DNA of 64,000 nucleotides. Source: a virus. Its lineage: Duplodnaviria; Caudoviricetes. Positions 1 through 11,279 of the stretch are shown here, piece by piece. The notes under the pieces are model-generated. The model had not been told where the DNA came from and made no database searches. It saw nothing but the letters and a program-made list of their open reading frames with translations. How positions within the stretch are numbered: position 1 is the stretch's first letter; each line of letters starts with the position of its first letter. The position numbers and the translations under genes were made by a program. The stretch lies in IMG/VR virus record IMGVR_UViG_3300029305_001467, positions 1 through 64,000 of that record; one strand, 5' to 3'.

Positions 1-3000
1 CTTATTCGTTCTGCAAATGGTGCTGTAATAAGCGAGACCCAAAAGGCTGCCGCATTAAAGGCTAGTACTGTTGCTGCAAAAGCACAAGCCGTAGCATTAA
101 AAGGTGTAGCAATTGCTGGTAACATGTTGTTAGGCATTGGCGTATCAATGCTTATTAGTTCTGTTATTAAAGGTATTGATAATTACATTCACCGTATAGA
201 TAACGCCAGAGAAGCTATTACGGAAATTTCTTCTGAAATAAAAGAAGTGAATGATACATTTAATAATACGAGCAAAACAGTTTCAGATATTTCTAGACGT
301 TTTGCCCAATTATCCCAAGGTGTTAATCAAATCACTGGGTCGAATAAATCTTTAAATACTGAAGAATATGAAGAGTTTTTATCTTTAAATAATCAGATTG
401 CAGAACTCTTCCCTTCTCTTCCGAAGATTTATAACGAGAATGGGCAAGCAATTGTTCAGCTTACTGGTGATGTAGATGGCATTGTCGGTTCTTTGCAACA
501 CCTAGTAGATGTGGAACGTGATTTGGCAAACCAGCAACTCGCCGATAAAATGCCGGAGTTATTTTCTAATCTTAAGATTAGTTCTAAAGATTATGATAAA
601 GACTTAACATACCTTCAAAACAAAAAAGATGCGATGACTAATGTTGTCGGAGATTTTAATAAAGATATGTTAAAGGCTGCTATCAACAGCAAAGAAACAT
701 TTAAGGTACATGGAGATAATGCTGCACAAATTGTAGAGTTATCAAAGTTGTATGACTATGCTTTTGAAGCCTTAGACATTAGCTTACTCAGAACTTCTCC
801 AAACGAGTTTGCAGTTAACGGTTTGGATAAATACAAGATAATTGATTTACAGTCCTCAGAAGATATAGACGAAGAGATAGAACGTGCATTTAATTATGCC
901 GTTGATAAGTATGGGGAAGAATACAACTTATCATATGATAAGGTGGTCTCTCAAATTACTACAATCAATAATAGTAAGAGTTCAGAATATGATAACTTCA
1001 AGCAATCCTTATTTGCATGGTTAAATACAAATTCTGGCTCCGGATATAGCATGATGACCGATAATCTTCAAGCAAGTATACAGACGATTATTGGATCTTT
1101 AGATTTTGGATCTCTGATGAAAGAGTATACTACGCCAGAAGAATTCCAAAACTATATTTTAAATCATATTGTATATCCAATTAGAGATGATGGCTCTGTG
1201 CAAGATGCAATCAACAGCTTATTTTCAACTGATTTCTCAAAGATGTCTTTTAAAGATGCTGATGCAATGGTAAATGAGTTAATTAACGTAATTGCAAAAG
1301 CATTAGATAGAGACCCATTAGAATTAAAAGTTTCTCTTGGATTTGGTAGTTACGAAGATATAAAATCTTCAATGGCTGATATTGCTAAAAGAAAAGTGAA
1401 TGCACCTGACGGTTATTTCTTTGATTACAATCAAGAAGCAGAATATAATCGTATAAAGGATGAATTGCAAGAATATGCTCAACAATATTCTATTGATACA
1501 CAAGAAGAAATCGCATTGTTTAATAAAGCAATGCAAGATGCAGAGGATAATGTTGAAAAAGCAATTGAGATTTATCTTGCTAAAAAAGAAGAAAATAGAC
1601 AGCTTCTTATCACAGAAGAATCTCTCAAGCAAGCTAAAACCTACCGTGACGAACTCGGCAAGCTCTATGATGCTCTCGCACTACTCCGTTCCGGTAACGC
1701 TACCGCTTCTGACATTTATGGTTTTGTAGAGGAGTTTCCTGGATTATCTGAGTATGTTGGAGACCTTGACCTTCTCGAAGAGAAGATTCAGGAATTAGTC
1801 AATGAAAGACTTGTTTCATTAAGAGAGCAGTTTAATGGAGCTATAAGTGAAGAGGCGTTAAAACGTTTAGCTGAATACTCTGTAAAACAAGAAGCTGTTG
1901 TTAGTTCTATTGATGCTACCACGGATGCTCTTAACACACTTGTTTCTGCATATAAAAATGTCTCTGATGCAATGGAACAGTATAACCAAAGTGGATTTAT
2001 TTCATTAGAGTTGCTTGAATCAATTATGTCTATGAAGCCAGAATATCTAGGATCTTTATTAGATGAATGGAATAATATAGAAAACGCAACCGATGCATAT
2101 AAAGCTTATATGAAAGTTCGGTTGATGGACTATATTACAACCGCAAGACAGCAATCCAATGATGACCGTAGGGAATTTCAAGCACAGTTTCACGAAGATG
2201 GTGATAGGGATAAGTACGATAAAGCAGTAGAAGCTTCTATTGATGCTTTAGCTGCAAAAGAAAAGTTTGTAGTTGGTATATTAGAGAATTTTGATGAATG
2301 GTTTGGGAATTTAACATCTGCTACTTCTTCTACAGAAAACACCTTTGACTGGATTGAAGTAAAAATCAATAACATCAAAGAGGCTATTGAAGAACTCAAA
2401 GAGACCGCAGACGACCCATTTGTTTCTTGGGCTGATAGAGGTTCTGCGCTTCAAGATGTAATTGACCGTCTTGAAAGTGATAAAGCTGATTACTTAAAGG
2501 CGTATGATGCTTATGTAGCAGAGATGGGAAAAGTTGGTCTTGGTCAAAATTATATTGACCTAATTGCTGGCGATAAGGATAAATTCAATATTGATACCTT
2601 CAAGGATGACCCTAATTACGATAAGATTCAAAAGTATCAAGAGTTATATGAGAAGGCTCAAGAAGCAAAGAAACTTGCAGATGGTACGGAAGACGAATTA
2701 AATTCCGGCATCCAAGATAACTTCGACCTTATCATCTCCGAGTTTGATTCTAAGCTCTCTCACTATGAAAATACTGCGAATCTGATTGAATCTAAATTAG
2801 CAAATGCAGAATCTAAAGGTTATATTGCTACACAGCAGTATTATCAAACTTTAAGAGGTATTGAAGAAGCAAAAAGAGTTGAGCTAAAGAACCAGTTAGA
2901 TGACCTCACACAAGCGTTTAATGAATCTGGATTAGAACCGGATTCTGAAGGGTGGTCTGAGCTTGTAAATAAGATTGAGGAAACAGAGCTTGCACTTCAA

Positions 3001-3468
3001 GAGTCTACCAATGCAATGCAAGATTTTAATAATGAAATCCGTCAGATAGATTGGGATTTATTTGATTTTGCTCGTGACCAAGAATCCAAACTTATGAACG
3101 AAGCCGACTTCATGATTGATTTACTTGACTCCGCTAAGATGTTTAGCGAAGCAAGTGAAATCACGGCTGAAGGCATGGCTACTATGGGACTTCATGCTCA
3201 GAACTACAATGCTTACCTTGAACAGTCTATTGATTATGCTAAAGAATTGGCACGTATTCAAGAAGAAGAATTGTCAGAAAATCCATATGATACAGATGCG
3301 TTAGAGAGATATAATTTGATGCTTGAGAAACGCCAAGAAAGCATACTTTCCGCTGAAGCAGAGAAGGAAGCTATCATCGACTTGGTGAGCGAGGGTATTG
3401 AGCTACAAAAAGAGAGTTTTGATGAACTTATAAGTCAATATACCGAAGCACTTGATATTCAAAAAGAT
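1..3468 (+). CDS. Tail tape measure protein, exon 1 (5' end outside window)
   Basis: Frame is open from base 1. Long Ala/Glu/Gln-rich helical protein upstream of Dit/Tal. Ends ...ALDIQKD at the intron 5' splice site. Confidence 0.9.
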
Positions 3469-5020
3469 TAAATAAATACATTTAGTCCGCTATATAACGA
3501 AAGTATATAGTGTATTGTTTTGAATTGCTGGAAACCCCTAAAGATATTTAAACTACAACATAGAGATGAAATATGCTCAAGTGTGAATGTTTGAAAATTA
3601 AATATATAGAAGACAGAACATCTAGTTTTACTAGGTGTTTTTATTTTGTCTAAAAATGGGAAATCAGCAGCCAAGTTCCGAACAGGAAAAGGTTCAACGA
3701 CCAGAGCTGAAATGCTCGTAGAGGGAAGTCCCTCGAAGTGGAACACACCTAAGTTTGTATATATAAATATGGTGAATAATATGGTCTGCACTTTGGTGAA
3801 AGCCAAAGAAAATTTACTTCTGTTAAGGAGAAGTAAAATCTATAGGGTTTAACGAACCTTATAAATAAAAAATTGTTTAGAAAAACTCAAGATAAGGGGG
3901 TGAAATATGGGTAAAAGAAAAACACATGAAGAGTATGTAGGAGAATTAAAAATAAAAAATCCTAACGTTGAAGTTTTAGGAATATATATAAATAATTATA
4001 CGCCTATATTACATTGTTGCAAAAAACATAATGTTAAGTGGAAAGCGTTTCCAGCTAGTATTTTACGGGGATGTGGGTGCAATGAATGCGGAAAAGAAAA
4101 AATAGGTTCTTCTCTTAGCAAGACGCATAAGCAATATGTAGAAGAATTGCATAATGTCAATTGTAATATTGTTGCTGTCGAAGAATATCGAGGCGCAAAC
4201 ACTCCAATATTACATAAATGTTTAATAGACGATTATGAATGGATGGCACGACCTGCGAATATTTTGTTTGGGAATGGTTGTCCAAAATGCGCAAATAAAT
4301 ATTCTATGACTCCTCAAGAATACAATGATAAATTAAAAGAAGTTAATCCAACTGTTGTTGCAATAGATGAGTTTATTAATATGAAAACTCCTATTGTACA
4401 CCGTTGTTTAAAACATAATATACAATGGTTGGTAACTCCATCAAGCACGTTACAAGGTTGTGGATGTTGGGAGTGTGGAAAAGAAAAAATAGGTAATCTA
4501 TTTAGAAGAACTCATGAAGAATATGTAAAAAAATTAGCAATAACTAATAAAGATATTATTGTTATTGAAGAATATATCAATGCAAATACTCCTATATTAC
4601 ATAAGTGTTTAATAGATGGTTGTGAATGGTGTGCAACTCCAGGACATATTCTTAGTGGTTGTGGTTGTCCTCAATGTTGTAAAAGTAAAGGTGAAAAAGA
4701 GATTGAGTCGTGGTTAAACAATAACGAAATTGAATATATACCTCAATATAGATTTACTGATTGTCGTGATAATAAACCTTTGCCTTTTGATTTTTATTTA
4801 CCTATGTATAATTGTTGTATCGAATACGATGGTGGACAACATTATAGACCCATTGATTATTTTGGCGGACAAGAATCCTTTGAAATAACAGTAAAACATG
4901 ACAATATGAAAAATGAATATTGTAAAAACAATGGTATACCTCTTCTTCGTATACCTTATTTTAAAAACATAGAAGAAGAATTGAACAATTTTTTATTTAT
5001 TTAATATAGTAACATAATGG
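3469..5020 (+). ncRNA. Group I intron (IA-like) in the tape measure gene
   Basis: P1 GATTAAAT/ATTTAGTC with U3468-G wobble. P AATTGCTGGAAA 3523-3534, Q AATCAGCAGCC 3662-3672, R GTTCAACGACCA 3692-3703, S AATATGGTCT 3778-3787. P7 GACCA/TGGTC, P7.1/P7.2 hairpins, P9 CTTTGGT-GAAA-GCCAAAG, terminal G5020. Splicing restores QKD|LYDYQRK in frame. Confidence 0.93.
3907..5004 (+). CDS. Intron-encoded homing endonuclease (4 Zn-ribbon repeats + Vsr/DUF559-like nuclease domain)
   Basis: Four repeats of T-H/P-E-E-Y...TPILHKC...W...P..L.G.GCxxC. C-terminal SKGEKEI...LPFDFYLP...IEYDGGQHY. Own SD (AAGGGGGTGA). Confidence 0.85.
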   Translation: MGKRKTHEEYVGELKIKNPNVEVLGIYINNYTPILHCCKKHNVKWKAFPASILRGCGCNECGKEKIGSSLSKTHKQYVEELHNVNCNIVAVEEYRGANTPILHKCLIDDYEWMARPANILFGNGCPKCANKYSMTPQEYNDKLKEVNPTVVAIDEFINMKTPIVHRCLKHNIQWLVTPSSTLQGCGCWECGKEKIGNLFRRTHEEYVKKLAITNKDIIVIEEYINANTPILHKCLIDGCEWCATPGHILSGCGCPQCCKSKGEKEIESWLNNNEIEYIPQYRFTDCRDNKPLPFDFYLPMYNCCIEYDGGQHYRPIDYFGGQESFEITVKHDNMKNEYCKNNGIPLLRIPYFKNIEEELNNFLFI

Positions 5021-6361
5021 TTATATGATTATCAAAGAAAGAATGCACAACAAGTTAAAAAGATTAGTTCCTTACAGAAACAGCTTGCTGCCTATAGCAA
5101 TGATACGTCTGACGAAGCTCGTGCAAAAGTTCAACAACTCAAAGTCCAGCTCAATGATGAGAAAGGTAATTTAGAGTCTGATAATTATGACAGATATATT
5201 TCCGATCAAAAAGAAATTTTATCTACTATTTCTGAGGATTACAATACAGCTTTAGATGCATATCTTGACGATACCGCAAAGGTAATATCTGACTCTATAG
5301 ATGCTGCTAATAGAAATGCTTCTAGCATTGGTAAAACAGTAACCAAAGCAACCAATGATGTTGGCTATGATGTTAGATATGCTTGGAATGATGAAAAAGG
5401 AGTGCTTGCTACTGAATTTAGTGGTGTTAAGGAGAATATCCAAACCAGTAACGATGTTCTTGGTGATATTAAAGACAATACCACTGGACTTATAGACGCA
5501 CAAAAAGCCGCAATCACAGAATCATTAAGTGGTTTAACTGATGAGAATAGTACCTTAAGCACAAGTATCAAGGGTATTCTTGAAGCTGTTCAAAGTATTG
5601 ATGGAAAGATGAACGGTCTTGGTAGTGGAGCTAATAACTCTAACGGAGAAACCGGTGGCGAAAAAGATCCAATCCCTAAGCCTACTACTCCTACCGGTGG
5701 CAAAAAAGAACCTGAGTCACCTAAAGATGATGACAGCTTTAGTAAAGGCGCAGTTCTTAAGAATGTAACAGGTAAGTGGTACGCTTCTTCTGATGGAACT
5801 GGCGCGAGTGGTTCTACTACTCCAGAGAAAGGTGCAGATGAATGGGTAATTGATAAGATTAACGATGGTTCGAAATATCCTTATCACATTATGAGTTATA
5901 AGAATGGTAAATTCACCGGCTCTGGTTGGGTAAAGAAAAATCAGCTTGCGTATAAGAACGGTACGAAGAAAGTAGGTTATGATCAAGTTGCATGGACGCA
6001 AGAGAATGGATTGGAATACATTATCAGACCTTCTGATGGCGCTATTCTTCATCCGGTTGCACAAGGGGATATGGTTCTTAATGCCGAAGCATCTAAACGT
6101 CTTTGGGAAGTATCTAACAACCCTATGCAGTTTATTAAGGATAATATGTCTACATCAATTCCTAGCACACCTACTAATAATGGAAATAACAATGTTGAAA
6201 ACAACATTCAGATGACCATCACTCTTCCGGGTGTATCAAATTATCAGGAATTTGTAACCAGATTACAATCTGATTCGAAATTTGAAAAGATGATTGTAGA
6301 TGTAACATCCAGTGCATTAACCGGTAATAATTCATTGTCGAAATACAGACATAAGTTTTAA
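5021..6361 (+). CDS. Tail tape measure protein, exon 2
   Basis: Frame is open from 5021 (LYDYQRKNAQQVKKISSLQKQLAAYSND...) into track ORF 5402-6361. C-terminal AWTQENGLEYIIRPSDGAIL is typical of these TMP C-termini. Confidence 0.9.
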   Translation, partial: LYDYQRKNAQQVKKISSLQKQLAAYSNDTSDEARAKVQQLKVQLNDEKGNLESDNYDRYISDQKEILSTISEDYNTALDAYLDDTAKVISDSIDAANRNASSIGKTVTKATNDVGYDVRYAWNDEKGVLATEFSGVKENIQTSNDVLGDIKDNTTGLIDAQKAAITESLSGLTDENSTLSTSIKGILEAVQSIDGKMNGLGSGANNSNGETGGEKDPIPKPTTPTGGKKEPESPKDDDSFSKGAVLKNVTGKWYASSDGTGASGSTTPEKGADEWVIDKINDGSKYPYHIMSYKNGKFTGSGWVKKNQLAYKNGTKKVGYDQVAWTQENGLEYIIRPSDGAILHPVAQGDMVLNAEASKRLWEVSNNPMQFIKDNMSTSIPSTPTNNGNNNVENNIQMTITLPGVSNYQEFVTRLQSDSKFEKMIVDVTSSALTGNNSLSKYRHKF

Positions 6362-6366
6362 ACGAT

Positions 6367-6396
6367 TAAGAGCCTCGGAGAAATCTGAGGCTCTTA
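6367..6396 (+). other. 13-bp GAAA-tetraloop hairpin after TMP (no U-tract)
   Basis: TAAGAGCCTCGGA-GAAA-TCTGAGGCTCTTA. Confidence 0.6.
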
Positions 6397-6413
6397 GTAT
6401 TAAGGAGAGAAAT

Positions 6414-6662
6414 ATGAAAAAGGAAGATATTTTAAGAAAGCGAAACCTTCAATTGGTGCAAGAGGTCGAAGATTTAAAAACTGAATTGGAGCAATTAAAA
6501 GAAACAAATACCTCTTTAGAAACTAATATTTTAGTAGAGCATATTGAAAATATTAAAAACGAACTCTTCTCTTCCATTGAAGAAATTAACGAGTTGAAGG
6601 CAGAGTATCAATCTCTTATTGAAGAAATAAAAGAGTATCGTGATACTTTAAAGAATAATTAA
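6414..6662 (+). CDS. Small coiled-coil protein
   Basis: SD AAGGAG; heptad-rich 82 aa. Confidence 0.75.
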   Translation: MKKEDILRKRNLQLVQEVEDLKTELEQLKETNTSLETNILVEHIENIKNELFSSIEEINELKAEYQSLIEEIKEYRDTLKNN

Positions 6663-6697
6663 GTTTACATACAACTACAATAACGGAGGTGAAAAAC

Positions 6698-7504
6698 ATG
6701 TTAGTAACTGATTTTGAATATGATGGTTTACTTTTGAGTGACTTTGGTTGTATTATGTGTTCTTTTGATTCTACTGGATTACAGACTGTAACCAATGGCT
6801 CAAATATTACATTTAATACATCTCCTGTTCTTAAAGGCACAAAACATGTATTAACAGATACGAAATATGATGAGTGTCTTACTGTTCCACCATTTCAGAT
6901 CTGTAAAGATTTCTGTCTTTGTGAAACTCAGGAAGATACTTATTTTACTATAGAAGAACAAGCAAATTTAATGCGTTGGCTTAATAGGAAAGAGTTTTTG
7001 AAGTTCAAACTGGTTAAAGAAGGATATGAAAACATTTATTTCGAAGGAAGTTTTAATGTAAGTAAAATTATGTGGGGAGACAACTGTATTGGCATGGAAT
7101 TATCTCTCACTACCAATAGACCGTTTGGTTTATATGAAGTGGTCAAGAAAACATTTAGAGCTACTGCTGCCAACCACATGGAGATTTTTAAAGATATCTC
7201 TGATGAAATAGGTTATATTTATCCCGATGTAGAAATCACATGCACTACTGCTGGAGATTTAGTAATTCATAATACCATTGAGAACCGTGATACAGTGATT
7301 AAAAATTGTACTGCTGGTGAGGTAATTACAATGAAATATCCGGTAATCTCCTCTTCTGTTTCATCTCATAAGATTCAGAATGACTTTAACTACAATTTCT
7401 TTAGAATAGCCAATACATATAGAGAAAAGGGAAATAAGATTACGTTCTCATTGCCATGTACAATGAAGATTTCTTATAACCCGGTACGAAAGGTAGGGAT
7501 TTAA
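6698..7504 (+). CDS. Distal tail protein (Dit)-like
   Basis: Position after TMP, about 270 aa, N-terminal DFEYDG..LSDFG; ATG 6698 after GGAGGTG. Confidence 0.7.
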   Translation: MLVTDFEYDGLLLSDFGCIMCSFDSTGLQTVTNGSNITFNTSPVLKGTKHVLTDTKYDECLTVPPFQICKDFCLCETQEDTYFTIEEQANLMRWLNRKEFLKFKLVKEGYENIYFEGSFNVSKIMWGDNCIGMELSLTTNRPFGLYEVVKKTFRATAANHMEIFKDISDEIGYIYPDVEITCTTAGDLVIHNTIENRDTVIKNCTAGEVITMKYPVISSSVSSHKIQNDFNYNFFRIANTYREKGNKITFSLPCTMKISYNPVRKVGI

Positions 7505-10500
7505 ATGGGAATAAAATTGGACTTTGATTCACACGGTAACCCTCAAGCCCCTACCTTTGTATTAGCAACAAGAAATGGGACAAAGCTCGGTCAGATTAGT
7601 AATATTACCGATGAACGCTTAAAAGTTGGGATGAAAGACCCAGAGGGTTCTCTTACCGTACATAAGTATGAAGGTAAAGAGGTTATTCCTTATTGGGATG
7701 ACATCAAGGATTTTAAACTTATGTGGTGTAAAGAATCTGATGTGTGGTTTGAGATTAAGATTAATTCTACCCTCTCCGATGAAATAACTAAGCAGGTATC
7801 TTTACAGAGACTAGGGGAAGCAGAATTATCTCAGATTAAAGTATATGGTATGGAAGTAAATACCGAGGATGATATTCTTCGAGATGATTATGTTCAGCCG
7901 ACTTTATTTTACAATGAAGACAAGCCTACCGCTTCTCTCTTACATAGATTACTAGAGAAAGCACCGCATTATAGAATTAGACATGTTGATGAGCATTTAA
8001 AGGGTATTCAAAAGATTTTCTCGTTCAACGACAGGAGCTTAAAAGAATGCTTTGATGAGATTGAAGAATCTATGGACATCCTGTTTGTGTTCGAATCCAA
8101 GTCAAAAGAAGACGGAACACCTGACAGAACGATAGACGTATACGATCTTAAGAGTTATTGTAAGGACTGTGGTGCGAGGGGAAAGTTTGTAGATAAATGT
8201 TTAAATTGTTGTAGCGAAGACATCACTGAAGGATATGGTGTTGACACTACTATTTTTGTATCTCGTGAGGACTTGGGTAATGAGATTAACATTACAGTAA
8301 ATGCTGATGAGGTAAAGAACTGTTACCGTCTCGAAGGCGGTGATGAATTAATGACTGCTACCATCCGTAACTGTAATCCGAATGGTACGTCCTATATTTG
8401 GGACTTTTCAGAAGTTACAAAGAGAGATATGGATGCCAGTCTGGTTGAACTGATTGAGAGATACAAAGAAGATTACAACTATTATAAGGATTCTTATGTA
8501 TCAGACCTCTCTTCTGTTCCGGTATCTAGTTATAATGTCCTGGTTAATAAATACAACGCCACGAGCGAAGATTTAAAAGTGTCTAAGATTACAAGTCTTG
8601 TTGGTTACGCTCCTATTATGGAACACTACTATGACGCTATTGACCTTGCATTATATATTGAGTCCGGACTGTTACCAAATATTAATTTACAAGATACTAA
8701 TGCCCAGACCGAAGCTGCAAAGCTCACTACTTCTGCTTTATCTCCAGTTGCCGTTGTATCCAAGAAGTATATTACATTAGCCAATGCATCTACCGCTGTA
8801 TTGAATGCGGCTAAGATTGCATCTGACCCAAGATATCAGATTAAGGTGAACCAAGCAAGTCTTAATGGAACTACTTGGACAGGTAATTTTACGGTAACGA
8901 ACTATAGTGATGAGAAGGATACTTATGTATCTCCTACTATCAATGTAACGGTAAATGATGATTATACGAAATACATTGACCAAAAGCTTAAGAAGACTTT
9001 GTATAATAATACCAGAGGTAAATATGGAAGTATCACTCAGATGATAGATATGAATGTATCTACTTTCCAGAGTGAATTGAATAAGTATAATCTTACAGCT
9101 CTTAAATCATTTAATACTTGCTTTACAGAGTGTGTGAAGCTGCTTAGTGAACAGGGTATTGATAAGGAAGATGCAGATTTATATAACTCTGTGTATTTGC
9201 CAGTATATAACAAGATTGGTTATATTCAAGCCGAGATTGCAGAACGTGAAAATGAACTGGCAGTAGTAAACAATGTACAATCTAAGCTTTTAACTCTGAA
9301 ACAATATATAAATGATAAGTTGAATTTAGAAAAGTATCTCGGTACTGATAATTGGCTAGACTTCTGTGCTTACCGCAGAGAAGAAACTTTCTCTAACGGT
9401 AATTATATATCTGATTATCTGAGTAATAAAGAACTCTTCTCTCGTGCGGAAGAATTTACAGAAATGGCTGAGTACGAAATAAGCAAAGCTTCTAATTATA
9501 AGAATGAAATCTCTTCTACTCTGAGAAATTTACTTACTGTAAAAGAGTTTGCACCATTGGTTGATTATTTTGAATGTGGTAACTGGATTAGAGTTATTGA
9601 TGACGATGGAGAAGTTTATAAGCTTCGATTGATTGATTATGAAGTGAATTTTGAAAATCTCAACTCTCTCACCGTTACATTTAGTGATGTGGTAAGAACT
9701 ATTGATGGCTTAGAACCAGTACGAGAAATTCTTGTAAAGAGTTCTGATATCATCAATAACTATAACGCCGCATTGAATAAGACTAATAGTAATTTTGAAT
9801 CAATCAATGATAGTATGTCTGATATGATAACTGATTCAATGATTAATTCCGACCTCATCTTCGATTCTTCCGACGATTTAAAGGAAGATATTACGGAAAC
9901 TGTTGTAAGAATAGATAAGACGGATACTTCTCTTCGCTTATATGTCGGAGAGGTGCAGACCGGATTAAGTTCTCAGATAGAATTGACTGCAAGGCAAATT
10001 AGATCTGAAGTAAGTGATTTAAATAATTCATTATCTTCTCAGATTACACAAACTGCAAGTAGTATTAGACAAGAAGTAAATGATAGTGTTAACGGATTAA
10101 GTGCACAGATAGCGTTAAAGATTGATAAGAGTAAACTCGCTTCAGAGATAAATCTTATTGCTGATAATATTGTGTTATCTGGTAATACGACTTTTACAAA
10201 CGGTAGTAAAATACAGACATTGATTTCCAATGCACAATCTACTGCCAACTCCGCAGTATCGGCTGCTAGTTCTGCACAATCAACTGCAAATTCCGCTAGT
10301 TCTAGTGCTAGTTCGGTGTCTAGTGCTTTAGCCGCATATAAAAAAGATTGTGAGGATGGTAAAACAACCATTAGTGGTGGGTGTATTACTACTGGACTTA
10401 TATCTGCAAAATGTATAAGTGCTGATTATTTTACCACACAAGCGGAAAATGGCTCTGCTGGTTGGACGATAAAAAAACATTCTAGTGCCGATGACGCTTC

Positions 10501-10966
10501 TTATATTTGTGGTAATAACGCAATAAGTAATAATGTAGTCTTGAAAACTGGTGGTGATGTAGCATTTGCTTGCGGGCTTCCTACAAGTTATTATCCAGGT
10601 GTTTCAACCACTGGAGCGAAAGCTAGAATTTGGCATGATGGCTCAGTTGATTGTACTGGTGTTAGTTGTGGTGGAGAAATAATAAGTAGTTCATTAATTG
10701 CTGCTAATATTTATGTTGGTACGGAATATAGTTATTCACCAGTTGCTACTACTTCATATGTAATTAATAATTTTGCAAAGAAATCAGATATACCTACGTA
10801 TTCTATTCCAGATACAAGTCAGATTACTCCATCATTAACATCATCTGGAAATATTGACTTTGCAGGAAGCACAAATGCCGCAAGCGTAACTTATGTTCAG
10901 AATAACTTTGCTAGACAATCGGCACTTGAAGCTCTTGAAAGAAGAGTGGATGCGTTAGGGGGCTGA
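7505..10966 (+). CDS. Tail-associated hub/Tal-like minor structural protein
   Basis: Follows Dit. GNWIRV...YKLRLIDYEVNF...VTFSD hub motif, then SSQITQTA coiled-coil repeats and a spike-like C-terminus. Confidence 0.75.
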   Translation: MGIKLDFDSHGNPQAPTFVLATRNGTKLGQISNITDERLKVGMKDPEGSLTVHKYEGKEVIPYWDDIKDFKLMWCKESDVWFEIKINSTLSDEITKQVSLQRLGEAELSQIKVYGMEVNTEDDILRDDYVQPTLFYNEDKPTASLLHRLLEKAPHYRIRHVDEHLKGIQKIFSFNDRSLKECFDEIEESMDILFVFESKSKEDGTPDRTIDVYDLKSYCKDCGARGKFVDKCLNCCSEDITEGYGVDTTIFVSREDLGNEINITVNADEVKNCYRLEGGDELMTATIRNCNPNGTSYIWDFSEVTKRDMDASLVELIERYKEDYNYYKDSYVSDLSSVPVSSYNVLVNKYNATSEDLKVSKITSLVGYAPIMEHYYDAIDLALYIESGLLPNINLQDTNAQTEAAKLTTSALSPVAVVSKKYITLANASTAVLNAAKIASDPRYQIKVNQASLNGTTWTGNFTVTNYSDEKDTYVSPTINVTVNDDYTKYIDQKLKKTLYNNTRGKYGSITQMIDMNVSTFQSELNKYNLTALKSFNTCFTECVKLLSEQGIDKEDADLYNSVYLPVYNKIGYIQAEIAERENELAVVNNVQSKLLTLKQYINDKLNLEKYLGTDNWLDFCAYRREETFSNGNYISDYLSNKELFSRAEEFTEMAEYEISKASNYKNEISSTLRNLLTVKEFAPLVDYFECGNWIRVIDDDGEVYKLRLIDYEVNFENLNSLTVTFSDVVRTIDGLEPVREILVKSSDIINNYNAALNKTNSNFESINDSMSDMITDSMINSDLIFDSSDDLKEDITETVVRIDKTDTSLRLYVGEVQTGLSSQIELTARQIRSEVSDLNNSLSSQITQTASSIRQEVNDSVNGLSAQIALKIDKSKLASEINLIADNIVLSGNTTFTNGSKIQTLISNAQSTANSAVSAASSAQSTANSASSSASSVSSALAAYKKDCEDGKTTISGGCITTGLISAKCISADYFTTQAENGSAGWTIKKHSSADDASYICGNNAISNNVVLKTGGDVAFACGLPTSYYPGVSTTGAKARIWHDGSVDCTGVSCGGEIISSSLIAANIYVGTEYSYSPVATTSYVINNFAKKSDIPTYSIPDTSQITPSLTSSGNIDFAGSTNAASVTYVQNNFARQSALEALERRVDALGG

Positions 10967-11013
10967 TTATTTGTTTTTCAGATCAGATTTTGTAGGATTA
11001 AAAGGAGATTTTT

Positions 11014-11241
11014 ATGAATTTACAAATTAGAGAATTCGAACAAGCAATTATAAGATTTATTAATCAATCTGACCTTCCAATGGAGGTAATACGTTTGGCA
11101 ATTAAAGATGTATTTTATCAGGTTGATAATCTTGCTAATGCTGCTATTGATATGGAAATTCAACAGAAAAAAGAGCAAGAAGCTCAAGAAAATTTAGATG
11201 AAACGAATGATACACAAAATCAAGGAGAGGCTACTGAATAA
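11014..11241 (+). CDS. Hypothetical protein (tail module)
   Basis: SD AAGGAG, 75 aa. Confidence 0.75.
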   Translation: MNLQIREFEQAIIRFINQSDLPMEVIRLAIKDVFYQVDNLANAAIDMEIQQKKEQEAQENLDETNDTQNQGEATE

Positions 11242-11256
11242 GTAGCTTCTTCTTTT
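11227..11256 (+). terminator. Putative intrinsic terminator
   Basis: GAGGCTACT-GAATA-AGTAGCTTC followed by TTCTTTT. Confidence 0.5.
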
Positions 11257-11279
11257 CATTATTAGAAAGGGGGAAAGTT

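Noticed and set aside
3468-3852. Track ORFs 3646-3852 (+) and 3468-3806 (-)
   Set aside because: They overlap the intron catalytic core, have no SD, and are probably spurious
3469-5401. Frameshift, stop read-through or two separate genes for the tape measure protein
   Set aside because: A complete group I intron core with exact in-frame splice sites explains the split
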